64,000 bases of DNA. Origin: Candidatus Hydrogenedentota bacterium (lineage in GTDB: Bacteria > Hydrogenedentota > Hydrogenedentia > Hydrogenedentales > SLHB01). Below the pieces are notes generated by a model. The model was given only the letters and a program-made list of their open reading frames with translations, made no database searches and was not told where the DNA came from. The stretch lies in NCBI GenBank assembly GCA_963674865.2, contig CAXXYE010000011.1:160001-224000 (forward strand). The letters run 5' to 3'. Position numbers and translations under genes: made by a program. This document shows, in pieces, positions 49,092 to 59,350 of this stretch (positions within the stretch are counted from its first letter, which is position 1; each line of letters starts with the position of its first letter).

Positions 49092-51449
49092 ATGAGCACG
49101 TTAACATCGACATGGGGTGGCGCCTTGCGCATTGTGGGAGTGGCGTTGCTGCTTGTCTGCCAAGCTGCCGGCGCTCAGTCGCCGGAAGCCGCGCCCCTCA
49201 ATCCGGAGTTCGTATCATGGCTTGAGGGGGAGGCGGTTTCGGACCTCGCAATGCGGGAGGCCGTTGGCGCGTCTGGATACGGCCTGGGCCACATTCCGCC
49301 CCCCGTGGATCTCACGCATGCTCAGTACGAAACCGCTACGCTCCTCAGAGAAAGCGTAGCCGCCGCGCTGCCCACCAGTTTTGACCTGAGACTGGAGGGG
49401 GATGTCACTTCCGTCAAGGATCAAGGATCATGCGGCTCTTGCTGGGCCTTCGCGACCTATGGCTCTCTCGAGAGCTGGGTTCTCCGCAACGACGGGGAAG
49501 TCTGGGATTTCTCAGAGAATAACCTGAAGAACTATCATGGACTTGATTGGGGGCCTTGCGAAGGAGGCAACACCTTTCTAAGCATGGCCTACCTGGCGCG
49601 TTGGGCAGGGCCCGTTGACGAGGCCGATGATCCCTACAACGACTATGATGACCGCCCCTCGCCTGGTGGGCCGAGCCAGAAGTACTTGGAGAGTGCGCGC
49701 TATTTCTTCACGGTGGAAGACATCAAAAATGCGCTTATGACGTACGGCGGTCTGTACGTTTCCTTGTATTGGAATTCTGCATATTACAATTCCGGTGACT
49801 ATACCTACTACTACAGCGGCGGTTCCTCGACGAATCATGGCGTGACCCTCGTCGGATGGGATGATGAGATGGCCGTGGACGGGGCGCCCAGCGATGGCGT
49901 CTGGATCTGCAAGAACAGTTGGGGGAGCGGTTGGGGTGACGACGGGTATTTCTATATCTCATACGACGACGCACGAGCGGTTACGTATGCGACGGCATTC
50001 TGCTACGCGGTTCCGCCCGAATCGTATGTCACGAACTACCAATACGACCCGCTGGGATGGTGCAGTGAAGTGGGTTATGGGTCCTCGACGTGCTGGGCCG
50101 CCAACATATTCTCGCCTGAAGCCGATGAGCGCCTCGCGGCGGTGGGCCTGTACGCGGTGGACAACAATGTCTCGTACCAAATCTATGTCTATGACACTTT
50201 CAATGGTACGAGCTTCTCGGACCTTCTCGGCTCTACGTCGGGCGCGATGAGCGACATGGGCTACTACACGATCCCGCTGCCGGATCTGATCGATCTGACC
50301 ACGGACGATGAATTTGCGGTTGTGGTCAAATTCACGACCACTGGATACACTTTCCCCGTGGCCATGGAGAAGGACTACGCGGGATATTCCTCGGATGCTA
50401 CGGCCAATTCTGGTGAGAGTTATCTCAGCAGCACCGGGAGCAGCTTCACCGATATTACGTTGTACAGCGGCTTTGGAAACACCAACGTCTGCATCAAGGC
50501 CCTAACGATAGCGTCGGCGCCCGCGTTCACGGGAACGCCGGATGAGTATACCTACGTGCTCGAATCCAATGGCGATGTGACAATCACGGATACGGTTTCC
50601 GCCCGTGACGGCGTTACTACGCTCACTCCGGTGGGCACGCCGGACGTCATTTTTGCCGGCGTTACCTACAACTTCATTGTGGGCACGAATGGATACGACG
50701 AGATCATGGGGACATCGGAACCGGATCTGATGCTCGGATTCGACGGTATGGACACTTTCTGGGCCGGCGCTGGCGATGACTATCTCTTTGGAGGCGATGG
50801 CCGGGATGTTCTGGGCGGCGAGGACGGAGATGACTGGCTCTCAGGCGAGGCCGACGACGACCGTCTGCACGCGGGTGAGGGCAATGACATCTGCTACGGC
50901 GGGGCCGGTGAGGACTACATCTTCCTCAAGGATGTGGACGGTACCGATGTTCTCGAAGGCGGCGCGGGTACTCGCGACGTGTTGAAAATCAACGATCCGT
51001 CGTACACTTCGTATTCCCTCACCGGAAGTCACGGTTTTGAGCGTTTTGTCGGTGGCGTCGGCGATGATACCGTTGACTGGGCTGACGCAACTGGAGCGAC
51101 GCAGATGAACGGCAACGGTGGCAATGATCAGTTGTCCGGTGGGCCGTTCCGAGATATCCTTCGCGGCGGGGACGGCGACGACACGCTGTCCGGCGGGGCC
51201 AATAACGCAGGCCAGAGAGACTTGCTGTACGGCGACGACGGCGAGGATGCATTGTACGTTTTCGGTGGCAACACGAACTGCTACGGCGGCCTCGGAGCGG
51301 ACACCGCGTGGTTTACCGGAGATCCGAACGACCCGAACGAGTACAGGAACCGCTGGTATCCGGCCACCGGCAGGGGAAGCATATGTGACTTGGTCGCGGA
51401 TCGGGATTACGGCAACTATCTCGTCGACGTTGAAGCTATTGCCCATTAG
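49092..51449 (+). CDS. C1 (papain-family) cysteine peptidase with a lectin-like domain and RTX Ca-binding repeats
   Basis: QGSCGSCWAF, NHGV, KNSWG; GGxGxD repeats; N-terminal signal peptide. Confidence 0.9.
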   Translation: MSTLTSTWGGALRIVGVALLLVCQAAGAQSPEAAPLNPEFVSWLEGEAVSDLAMREAVGASGYGLGHIPPPVDLTHAQYETATLLRESVAAALPTSFDLRLEGDVTSVKDQGSCGSCWAFATYGSLESWVLRNDGEVWDFSENNLKNYHGLDWGPCEGGNTFLSMAYLARWAGPVDEADDPYNDYDDRPSPGGPSQKYLESARYFFTVEDIKNALMTYGGLYVSLYWNSAYYNSGDYTYYYSGGSSTNHGVTLVGWDDEMAVDGAPSDGVWICKNSWGSGWGDDGYFYISYDDARAVTYATAFCYAVPPESYVTNYQYDPLGWCSEVGYGSSTCWAANIFSPEADERLAAVGLYAVDNNVSYQIYVYDTFNGTSFSDLLGSTSGAMSDMGYYTIPLPDLIDLTTDDEFAVVVKFTTTGYTFPVAMEKDYAGYSSDATANSGESYLSSTGSSFTDITLYSGFGNTNVCIKALTIASAPAFTGTPDEYTYVLESNGDVTITDTVSARDGVTTLTPVGTPDVIFAGVTYNFIVGTNGYDEIMGTSEPDLMLGFDGMDTFWAGAGDDYLFGGDGRDVLGGEDGDDWLSGEADDDRLHAGEGNDICYGGAGEDYIFLKDVDGTDVLEGGAGTRDVLKINDPSYTSYSLTGSHGFERFVGGVGDDTVDWADATGATQMNGNGGNDQLSGGPFRDILRGGDGDDTLSGGANNAGQRDLLYGDDGEDALYVFGGNTNCYGGLGADTAWFTGDPNDPNEYRNRWYPATGRGSICDLVADRDYGNYLVDVEAIAH

Positions 51450-51470
51450 AAGCAGCGGATTGTATCGGTA

Positions 51471-52433
51471 ATGCTAGTGCCTGAGCGGCGGCGGGAACCT
51501 GTGCCCCGGACGATAGAGTCGCCCAGAGAGAGGAGTCGCCCTGCGTTTGGGCCGGGGAGCCTGCTGGCCTTCGTGCACATCGAGAAGGCCGCGGGGACGA
51601 CGCTCAACCGTGTCTTGCGTCGTAACTTCTTTCTACGGCACATGGACGTGCGCCCCCTCTCTCGCGACGCCAACAAGCTGTTTCGCGCCGAGGACCTACG
51701 CATCGTCCTTCGCGTCAACCCGTGGATTCGTTCGATTTCGGGGCACTCGGTGACGGCGTCGACTGACTTGAGTAGCGTTGTCCCGGATGTGCGGTACATC
51801 ACGCTCTTGAGGGAGCCGGCCCGACGCTATGTCTCCCATTACATCTACAGCAAAGACCGAACGCAGAAACACAGGGATTTTGAGGAATTCCTCGCTAAGA
51901 ACGTCTACTCCAACTTCCAGGTGAGAGCCCTTACGGGACCAAAGTTCGCCAAGCCCGGCCGCGTTGTTACGGAGGCGGACTTGCACGCCGCCCGAGAGAG
52001 CCTCTTGAAGAGATTCTGGCTGGTGGGAATTGTCGAGGAATTCGATGCCTTCATGCTTCAACTCAAACAGAAACTGGAACCCATGGCCTTCAATCCAGCC
52101 TACCGGCGGAGGAACGTGTCCGCACAGCGGCCGGGCGTGAACGCGGGCGAGGCGCAACGCATCCACGAGCAATACCGGGACGCTATCGCCGAGAACAACG
52201 CTCTGGACGAGCAACTCTATCGCTATGCGCGTGACACACTCCTACCGGCACAGAAGGCTGCCTACGGCCCTCGCTTTGTCGATGAGGTAGCTGCGTTGAG
52301 GGCCGCGCGGCGGCCTGGAGAAGCGCACCCAGTGAGAGCATCCGTGGACTTCGTCGCTAGGAAAACCTACTATGATCCGGCGCTCGGCTTGGTACGACGG
52401 CTTAACGGCCTGCCCTATCGCGGCACCTACTGA
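51471..52433 (+). CDS. Sulfotransferase (family 2-like)
   Basis: FVHIEKAAGTT, LLREPARRYVSHY, N.LD..LY. Confidence 0.85.
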   Translation: MLVPERRREPVPRTIESPRERSRPAFGPGSLLAFVHIEKAAGTTLNRVLRRNFFLRHMDVRPLSRDANKLFRAEDLRIVLRVNPWIRSISGHSVTASTDLSSVVPDVRYITLLREPARRYVSHYIYSKDRTQKHRDFEEFLAKNVYSNFQVRALTGPKFAKPGRVVTEADLHAARESLLKRFWLVGIVEEFDAFMLQLKQKLEPMAFNPAYRRRNVSAQRPGVNAGEAQRIHEQYRDAIAENNALDEQLYRYARDTLLPAQKAAYGPRFVDEVAALRAARRPGEAHPVRASVDFVARKTYYDPALGLVRRLNGLPYRGTY

Positions 52434-52598
52434 GTAACGCCTAGAACATCCGAGGGGGCCTGGATGGGCGTATTCCTCAATGCTCCGTGAAATGCCCCCT
52501 CATACGGCGGCGGTGAATGACGGCCGGAACGGGATTTCGCGTGTGTTGGCGCGGCCGGAGCGGAAAGGAGAGGACAGTGGAAGAACGGAAATGCCCGG

Positions 52599-53492
52599 GT
52601 GCGCTCCAAGGATGGGAAGCGCATGGCTGACGGACTGAGACTTCCGGATTTCATTATCGTAGGGGCGCAGAAGGCGGGTACAACATCCTTTTATTTCGCA
52701 CTGGCGGAGCATCCACGCGTATTTGCCGCGGAGCCAAAGGAGTTGGATTTTTTCCAGGACGACACGAACTACGCGCGCGGTGTGGAATGGTACGCGGCCC
52801 ACTTCAAAGACTGTCCCCCAGGGTATATTGCGGGGGAATCGAGTCCTGAGTACCTCCACTATGAACACGTGGCGGAGCGTATGGCCGAGGTTATCCCGCG
52901 GGTGAAGGTGATTGCCATCCTGCGGAATCCCATCGATAGGGCCTATTCCGGTTACTGGCACGGCGTTCGCGCGGCGGGTGAGAATCTCCCGTTTGAGCGT
53001 GCGGTCGAGCTCGAGAAGGAACGTACGGCGAACGACCCCTTCGCGTTGCGTTACTTCTCCTATGTTCAACGCGGGGAGTATGCCCGGCAGCTTGCCCCCT
53101 TCCTCGCGCATTTCGAACGCTCGCAAATTCTCGTCTTGCTCGCAGAGGAGTATTTCGCCGATCGCCGGCGCGCAATCTCCCAAGCTGCCGACTTCCTGGG
53201 CCTTTCATGTGACAACGACTTCCTGGAGCGCGCGAGCCGGGTGCATCTCAACAAGGGTGTTGTGCCCAGGGTGCGCAGGTTGCAGGAGTTATTCCCGAAG
53301 ATCAGGTGGCGGTTTCCTCGCTTGGCCCGGATGTGGTACCGACTTAACACGAAGGAGAAAACGGCCGCCGTCGCGATGCCGGCCGAGGTCCGTGCGCGGC
53401 TGGCGGGATTCTATGCCGAGGGCAACAGGGAGCTGGCATCCATGTTGGGCCGTGATCTTTCCGTCTGGGATGAGCCTGTCGAAGGGTCTTGA
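52599..53492 (+). CDS. Sulfotransferase
   Basis: PDFIIVGAQKAGTTS, GESSPEY, LRNPIDRAYS. Confidence 0.9.
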   Translation: MRSKDGKRMADGLRLPDFIIVGAQKAGTTSFYFALAEHPRVFAAEPKELDFFQDDTNYARGVEWYAAHFKDCPPGYIAGESSPEYLHYEHVAERMAEVIPRVKVIAILRNPIDRAYSGYWHGVRAAGENLPFERAVELEKERTANDPFALRYFSYVQRGEYARQLAPFLAHFERSQILVLLAEEYFADRRRAISQAADFLGLSCDNDFLERASRVHLNKGVVPRVRRLQELFPKIRWRFPRLARMWYRLNTKEKTAAVAMPAEVRARLAGFYAEGNRELASMLGRDLSVWDEPVEGS

Positions 53493-53511
53493 TGTTGAGT
53501 TCTCTATTCAT

Positions 53512-54801
53512 ATGACGGCGCCAATCGAGCGTACGCGAGCCGAAGGGCGCTCCTTGAGAACCGCTGGACAGAGAGGCGTGGCTGTGCTGGCCGACCAAGC
53601 TGTTTTCAGCGCGACACGACTTCTTACCGGCGTGGTCATAGGACGCGCCTGCAGCCAGGAACAGCTAGGTTTCTATCTCCTTGGACTAAGCGTCATCGTC
53701 CTCGTTTCGGGCGTCCAGCGCTCGCTAATCAGTACGCCCTATACCGTCTTCTGTCAGCGCCTGAAGTCGACGGAGCTGGCGCGGTACACCGGCAGCGCCC
53801 TGCTTTGCCACCTGGCCCTTTCCGCGGTTTTCACCGTCTGCTTGGGCATGGCGAGCATAGTCCTTCACATTGCCGCTGCCCCCAGGGGGCTCGTTATCGT
53901 CTTGTCGGCGCTTGCCGCCGTGGTGACGCTTGTTCTCCTTCGTGACTTCGTACGGTATGTCCTTTTCGCCAGACTGCGGTTCGGGGCAGCCTTCGTATTG
54001 GATACGCTGGTTTCGCTCCTTCAACTGGGCGTTCTCTCGGCGCTGGCTTTCCGGGGCCATCTATCAGCAGGGAGAGCCGTTTGGGTGATCGGTGTTAGTG
54101 CTGGCGCAGTCTCGCTGGCCGTATTGATGCATGGACGAGGGCGTTTCACGTTCTCTCGCACGGCGGTGGCGGAGACATTTCGACGGCACTGGGCCTTTGG
54201 GCGATGGCTTTTCGCGGGCAGCATGTTCTACCTTCTGAGTTGGCAACTCTATCCGTGGCTGCTCACATTCTTCCACGGTGCGGCTGTTACGGGGGTGTTT
54301 GCCGCATGTACCGGTGTGCTGGGCATGTTGAATCCCCTTCTTCTGGGGATGCAGAACTACCTTAGCCCCGTGACGGCACGTGCCGCGCTTCAAGGGCCCA
54401 CGCGTCTCAACGCAGTGGTTTGGAAGGCTACGGCGGTTCTCTGCGTCGCCATAGGCCTATGGTGTTTGGTGGTGCTCGTGTTGGGGGATATCCCCGTGGT
54501 TCTTCTCTACGGGGAGAAGTTCAGAGGTAGCGCATCGGCCTTGAGGGTGTTATCCTTTAACCTACTTGCCGCGGCCCTAGGCTCGGCGCCTAGGTATGGG
54601 CTCCTGGCGATGGAGCGGCCGGGCCTCAATCTCCTCGCAAGTCTGGGAGGATTGGTGGCGACGCTCCTGCTGGGGCCGTTCTTGGTGAAGTACTTCGGCC
54701 TGCTGGGCGCCGCGTATGCGGCCCTTTTCAGCAGTGTCGTCGTGATGGGAGTCAGATGGACGGCTTTTCACATAGTGTTGAGGCCGCACGCAACGCCGTA
54801 G
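53512..54801 (+). CDS. Wzx-like flippase
   Basis: Multi-pass hydrophobic protein; LADQAVFS start; EPS gene context. Confidence 0.82.
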   Translation: MTAPIERTRAEGRSLRTAGQRGVAVLADQAVFSATRLLTGVVIGRACSQEQLGFYLLGLSVIVLVSGVQRSLISTPYTVFCQRLKSTELARYTGSALLCHLALSAVFTVCLGMASIVLHIAAAPRGLVIVLSALAAVVTLVLLRDFVRYVLFARLRFGAAFVLDTLVSLLQLGVLSALAFRGHLSAGRAVWVIGVSAGAVSLAVLMHGRGRFTFSRTAVAETFRRHWAFGRWLFAGSMFYLLSWQLYPWLLTFFHGAAVTGVFAACTGVLGMLNPLLLGMQNYLSPVTARAALQGPTRLNAVVWKATAVLCVAIGLWCLVVLVLGDIPVVLLYGEKFRGSASALRVLSFNLLAAALGSAPRYGLLAMERPGLNLLASLGGLVATLLLGPFLVKYFGLLGAAYAALFSSVVVMGVRWTAFHIVLRPHATP

Positions 54802-54814
54802 CACGGCGGGTGAC

Positions 54815-56125
54815 ATGATGGTATGCCAGGATAGAGAGGCTGTGCCGCGTACAGACAAGCGGCCGTGGCTGTCCTTTGCGTTTCTCACACTTGCCATCTT
54901 CCTGGCTGCGCACAACCTCAGCATCTCGATTCAGGAATCATTCGGGCGGGGCACCGCGGAATCCATTGCTTCACGAACCGCCGAAGGCAATCCTGTTCGG
55001 CGTGTCGTATTTCTATTGCTGGGCGCTTGGGGGCTCGTCAGCCTGTTCCGCGTAAGGCGAGGCGCTTTTCGTGTGCGCGGCTTCCTAGGATGGGCCATTC
55101 TGCTGTATGTGCTGTGGTGTCTTGGGAGCTATATCTGGGCTCAGAATGAGTCCTTGGCTCTTCGCAGACTCGTGGTTTTCGCCATGTTCCTGCTGGCGGC
55201 CCTGGCGGTGGCGGGGCGCTTCTCCCGTCGCGATATTCTGATGTTTCTGCTTGTCGCCTCGTTGTCCTATCTTGTTGTGGGCTTCCTTGCGGAAGTCGTG
55301 CACGGCACTTTTCAGCCGCTTTCGCAAGGCTATCGCTTCAGCGGGAGTGTTCATCCCAATGCCCAAGGGCGGAACTGCGGCCTTATTCTGCTTGCCGGTT
55401 TCGCGGCGGCGCATGGCGCGGCGAAATGGCGGCGCCTGCCGCTTGGGATCGCGTCGGTCGCGCTGGTCTTCCTTGTCCTCACGGGATCGCGTGCGGCCTT
55501 CAGCAGCGCCATTGCCGCCTCGTTCTTCTATCTCATGCTCGTCTTCACGGGCCCCCGCAAGTTCTCTCTTGTGCTAGCGATTTCGCTGGTGTTAAGTATC
55601 TTATTGCTCATTGCCGGCGAAGCGTCCCTGAGAGAAGGCGTTCTCCTGGGGCGTGGAGATTCGCCCGAGTCCGTGGCAACGCTAACCGGGCGCACGGCTA
55701 TCTGGAAAGACTGCCTGCCCTATATCGGTGAACGGCCTATCCTTGGCTACGGATACGCGAGCTTCTGGGGGCCTCGTGAGATCGATGAGATCTCTCACGG
55801 CCAGCAATGGGCGCTCCAAAACGCCCACTGCAACTATGTGGACATGTTGCTTCAGTTGGGCGTGGTGGGCTTGGCGCTCTTCCTCCTCGTTTGGGGATGC
55901 GGGATTGCACGCGCCTTGTTCCGCTTCCAAAGAAGTCGCGACCCTGTCTACGCTTTCTTTGCCGCCTTCCTGCTTTTCTGCATGATGGTGTGCGTCTTCG
56001 AGTCCATCTACCTCAGCGTTTCGCACATCGTGTTTGGCAGTTTCGCCGTCTTGGCTTACCTCGGTTTCCGCGAAGACGAGGAACTGCGGCGCGGCGCGGA
56101 GGAATTGCCCGATGCTCATGCCTGA
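54815..56125 (+). CDS. Wzy/O-antigen ligase family polymerase
   Basis: HPNAQG, TGSR, LTGRTAIW, GYGY..FW, AHCNY. Confidence 0.88.
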   Translation: MMVCQDREAVPRTDKRPWLSFAFLTLAIFLAAHNLSISIQESFGRGTAESIASRTAEGNPVRRVVFLLLGAWGLVSLFRVRRGAFRVRGFLGWAILLYVLWCLGSYIWAQNESLALRRLVVFAMFLLAALAVAGRFSRRDILMFLLVASLSYLVVGFLAEVVHGTFQPLSQGYRFSGSVHPNAQGRNCGLILLAGFAAAHGAAKWRRLPLGIASVALVFLVLTGSRAAFSSAIAASFFYLMLVFTGPRKFSLVLAISLVLSILLLIAGEASLREGVLLGRGDSPESVATLTGRTAIWKDCLPYIGERPILGYGYASFWGPREIDEISHGQQWALQNAHCNYVDMLLQLGVVGLALFLLVWGCGIARALFRFQRSRDPVYAFFAAFLLFCMMVCVFESIYLSVSHIVFGSFAVLAYLGFREDEELRRGAEELPDAHA

Positions 56126-56196
56126 GTACGCCCCATGGCTGCCGCGGCTACGGGGGGCGGCCCCGGGCTTCGTAATGCGCGAAGCGGACTAGTCCG

Positions 56197-57213
56197 ATGG
56201 AAGTCCCGCTCATCACCGTGCTCATCCCCACCTACAATCGTGCAGGGATGCTCCACGACGCCCTCGAAAGTGTCATGGCGCAAAGGCACAACGGCCGGTT
56301 CGACTACGAAATTGTCGTGGTGGATAACGCTTCGACGGATGACACGAAGGCGGTTGTCGAGGGTATGGCGCAGGGCTCGCGCGTGCCGGTTAAGTACGTG
56401 CACGAGCCCCAACCGGGTGTTGCCCAGGCCAGGAACACCGGACTCCGCAGATCGCAGGGCGCCTGGATAGCCTTTATGGATGATGACGAATATGCCGAGC
56501 CTGATTGGCTTGGCGAACTCTACGATGCGGCCGCGGAAACGGGTGCGCCCCATGTCGGCGGGGCGGTGCACCTCGATTTGCCCGAGGCCCAGTTAAGGCA
56601 GATCGCGCCCGGCTGTCGAAGGACTATTCTCCGTGAGCGCGCGGCCTCCGAGGAGAGTGGCACGCCCCGGCTTTTTGGCCGTCGCGAGTTCCCCGGCACG
56701 GATAACCAACTTGTCAAGCGCGAGGTGTTTGACGCCGTGGGCGATTTCGACGGAAACATGCGCTGGGGGAGTTCCGATATGGATTTTGCCTTGCGCGTGC
56801 GCGCCGCGGGCTATCAGCAGTGGCTTGCGCCGAAGTCGGTTGTGTACCATCGGACACCGCCGAATCGATTGACGCGGGAGTACTTTCGATTCAGCGAACT
56901 CAAGACAGGACTTGGGCTTGCCTACTTCGATCACCGGTACCGAGGCCCTGTGCGGATGCTTCTGCTGTGGCTCGCGCGCACGGGACAGGCCTTCCTCGTT
57001 TTCTTGCCGCGCTATCTCATGTGGACTGTCGCCCGAGATCACGTCCGGACGCTTGAGCAAAGGTGCCTATTGTGGCGTTTCGCTGGATACTCGCGTGAAG
57101 CCTTAGCGTTGCTCGGCCCGAAACTCTTCAAGCAGCGAAGATTTTTCGAGTCAGTGGAGTTCAGGAAAGGCGTGACAAAGGGCGTTCCCGCTGAAAAGGG
57201 TTCCTCGTCATAG
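56197..57213 (+). CDS. Glycosyltransferase family 2
   Basis: IPTYNR, VVDNASTD, FMDDD. Confidence 0.92.
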   Translation: MEVPLITVLIPTYNRAGMLHDALESVMAQRHNGRFDYEIVVVDNASTDDTKAVVEGMAQGSRVPVKYVHEPQPGVAQARNTGLRRSQGAWIAFMDDDEYAEPDWLGELYDAAAETGAPHVGGAVHLDLPEAQLRQIAPGCRRTILRERAASEESGTPRLFGRREFPGTDNQLVKREVFDAVGDFDGNMRWGSSDMDFALRVRAAGYQQWLAPKSVVYHRTPPNRLTREYFRFSELKTGLGLAYFDHRYRGPVRMLLLWLARTGQAFLVFLPRYLMWTVARDHVRTLEQRCLLWRFAGYSREALALLGPKLFKQRRFFESVEFRKGVTKGVPAEKGSSS

Positions 57214-57229
57214 GTATGGAAAGCTGGCA

Positions 57230-57838
57230 ATGATACGCTCTTATCAAGATTACTTGTATTATCTCGAATGTGATCGCTTATCGCTCGAGCAGACACGAAA
57301 ACGGCCCAGACTGTTTCGTGATGAAGAATGGCGCTACCAAAGAGCCCTAAGGCGCGTCGAATATCTCCAGAACTGCAAGCACGGCCCCTTCGGCGGACTG
57401 CTTCTGGTGATGGCGAAATTCCATCTGCATCGCCTCTCCGTGATGACAGGTTTTCACATCCCCCTGAACGTTTTCGGTCCCGGCCTCTCTCTGGCCCACT
57501 ACGGCAGCACCACGGGAGCCAATACGGGCTCCCGAATAGGGGCAAACTGCAGGATCCAGGCGGGGGTCATGATCGGCACGGAGGCCGGAGCGCAGGACCA
57601 CGCCCCGCTCATCGGCAACAATGTCTATATCGGCCCGGGGGCCAAGATCTTCGGCCCCATTCGCATTGCCGATGGCATTGCCATCGGGGCCAACGCCGTT
57701 GTCAACAAGTCCTTCGAGGAGCCGAACATCACCATAGGAGGCATTCCCGCGAAGAAGATAAGCGATAAGGGTTCGGAGGGACTGATGATCCGCGGATGCG
57801 GGGACGAGGAGCGTATGAAGGAATGGGCGATTCCCTGA
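57230..57838 (+). CDS. Hexapeptide-repeat acetyltransferase (serine acetyltransferase-like)
   Basis: IGNNVYIGPGAKI, IGANAVV, GGIPAK. Confidence 0.88.
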   Translation: MIRSYQDYLYYLECDRLSLEQTRKRPRLFRDEEWRYQRALRRVEYLQNCKHGPFGGLLLVMAKFHLHRLSVMTGFHIPLNVFGPGLSLAHYGSTTGANTGSRIGANCRIQAGVMIGTEAGAQDHAPLIGNNVYIGPGAKIFGPIRIADGIAIGANAVVNKSFEEPNITIGGIPAKKISDKGSEGLMIRGCGDEERMKEWAIP

Positions 57839-57848
57839 GGCCGGTCCC

Positions 57849-59012
57849 TTGAAGATACTGTCGCTTTACAACGACTACCGGAGTGTTCACGGCGGGGAGA
57901 AAGCCGTCGTGGATACCACTGCGGCCCTGGCGCCGAAATACGGCATGCAGGTTGAAGTGGCCACTCGCTCGAGCAAGGACCTCGGGGAGAGCTTTGCCGG
58001 CAAGGTTGGGGCGTTTTTCAGCGGCATCTATAGCCGCAAGGCATACGCCGAAATGGATGCGCTCCTGGCGCGGGAGCGCCCCGATGTGGTCCACGCGCAC
58101 AATCTCTACCCTCTCTTTTCCCCGTCTGTACTGGTGGCCGCACGCCGCGCGGGCGTTCCTACCGTCATGAGTGTCCACAACTACGGGCTGGTTTGTCCAC
58201 ACTGGGCGCATCTTCGCAAGGGCCAAGTCTGTGAGCGCTGCGTTGGGGGGCGTCCCTACTGGTGCGCCCTGCTGAATTGTCGGGAGAACATGGGCGAGAG
58301 CATCGGTTATGCTCTCAGGAGCGCGTTTGCCCAGGCATTCCACCTCTTCCGAGACAACGTGACGATCTTCATTGCCCTGACCCATTTCGCCAAAGAGCGG
58401 CTGGCCGCTGCTGGATACGCCAAAGAGCGAATCGAGGTGCTGCCGAACATGGTGGCTCTCCCCGAGTCGGTGGCCGACCCGGCCACTGGGGAATACGCTG
58501 CCTTCGCGGGCCGCCTGAGTCCTGAAAAGGGAGGGAACACGCTGCTGGCGGCGGCCCATCTGCTTCCTGATATCCCCCTGCGTCTTGCTGGCGATGGGCC
58601 CAGCAAAGGCGCGTGGGAGTCCCTGGCGCCGGCAAACGCACGTTTCGCGGGAGTGCTGCGCGGGCCGGAGATGGCGGACTTTTATCGAGGCGCGCGGTTT
58701 CTGGTGGTGCCCAGCCGGTGGTTTGAGATGTGCCCGTTGGTCATTCTCGAAGCGATGGCCAATGGGCTGCCTGTAATTGCCTCCAATATCGGCGGTTTGC
58801 CAGAGCTGGTGGACGATGGCGTCACGGGGCTTCTCTTCGAGCCCGCGGAGGCAGAGGACCTGGCCGCGAAGATGAGGAGGCTCTGGGAAGATCCTGACAT
58901 GTGCCGCGCCATGGGCCGGGCGGCCCGCGAAAGAGCCACTCGCGAGCATGGGGAGGAACACTACTTCAAGCGGCTGCGCGCCATCTATGACCGCGCCGTT
59001 TCATATGTCTGA
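57849..59012 (+). CDS. Glycosyltransferase family 4
   Basis: GRLSPEKG, EMCPLVILEAMA.G. Confidence 0.9.
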   Translation: MKILSLYNDYRSVHGGEKAVVDTTAALAPKYGMQVEVATRSSKDLGESFAGKVGAFFSGIYSRKAYAEMDALLARERPDVVHAHNLYPLFSPSVLVAARRAGVPTVMSVHNYGLVCPHWAHLRKGQVCERCVGGRPYWCALLNCRENMGESIGYALRSAFAQAFHLFRDNVTIFIALTHFAKERLAAAGYAKERIEVLPNMVALPESVADPATGEYAAFAGRLSPEKGGNTLLAAAHLLPDIPLRLAGDGPSKGAWESLAPANARFAGVLRGPEMADFYRGARFLVVPSRWFEMCPLVILEAMANGLPVIASNIGGLPELVDDGVTGLLFEPAEAEDLAAKMRRLWEDPDMCRAMGRAARERATREHGEEHYFKRLRAIYDRAVSYV

Positions 59013-59350
59013 ACTGCTGCTATGGGCGTGATGTATTGGGAAAGAGCCGCGGCGGCGCGACGGCCACGAAAGCATCAGTTCATCCAGACGCCGGCATGCA
59101 GGTTTTCGATGGAGCCGCATTTCGACGTTTTCTTCCGGTAGCATCTTCCCGTTCCGTTGGGCGTGTACCCGCATCAGAGGCACAGGATGGGATAGCTGAA
59201 CACGAGCGTGACAAGGCCCGCGCGGAAAACACGTTGAGGCGCGCGAATCTGCTATCCTGTAGGCGGCGCCTGGCCGCGTGGTGATGATTGCGGCGTGTGT
59301 CAGACTCAGGAAGTTGGGTGAGGGTCTCCAAGGAGACGAGAGGGAGGGCA

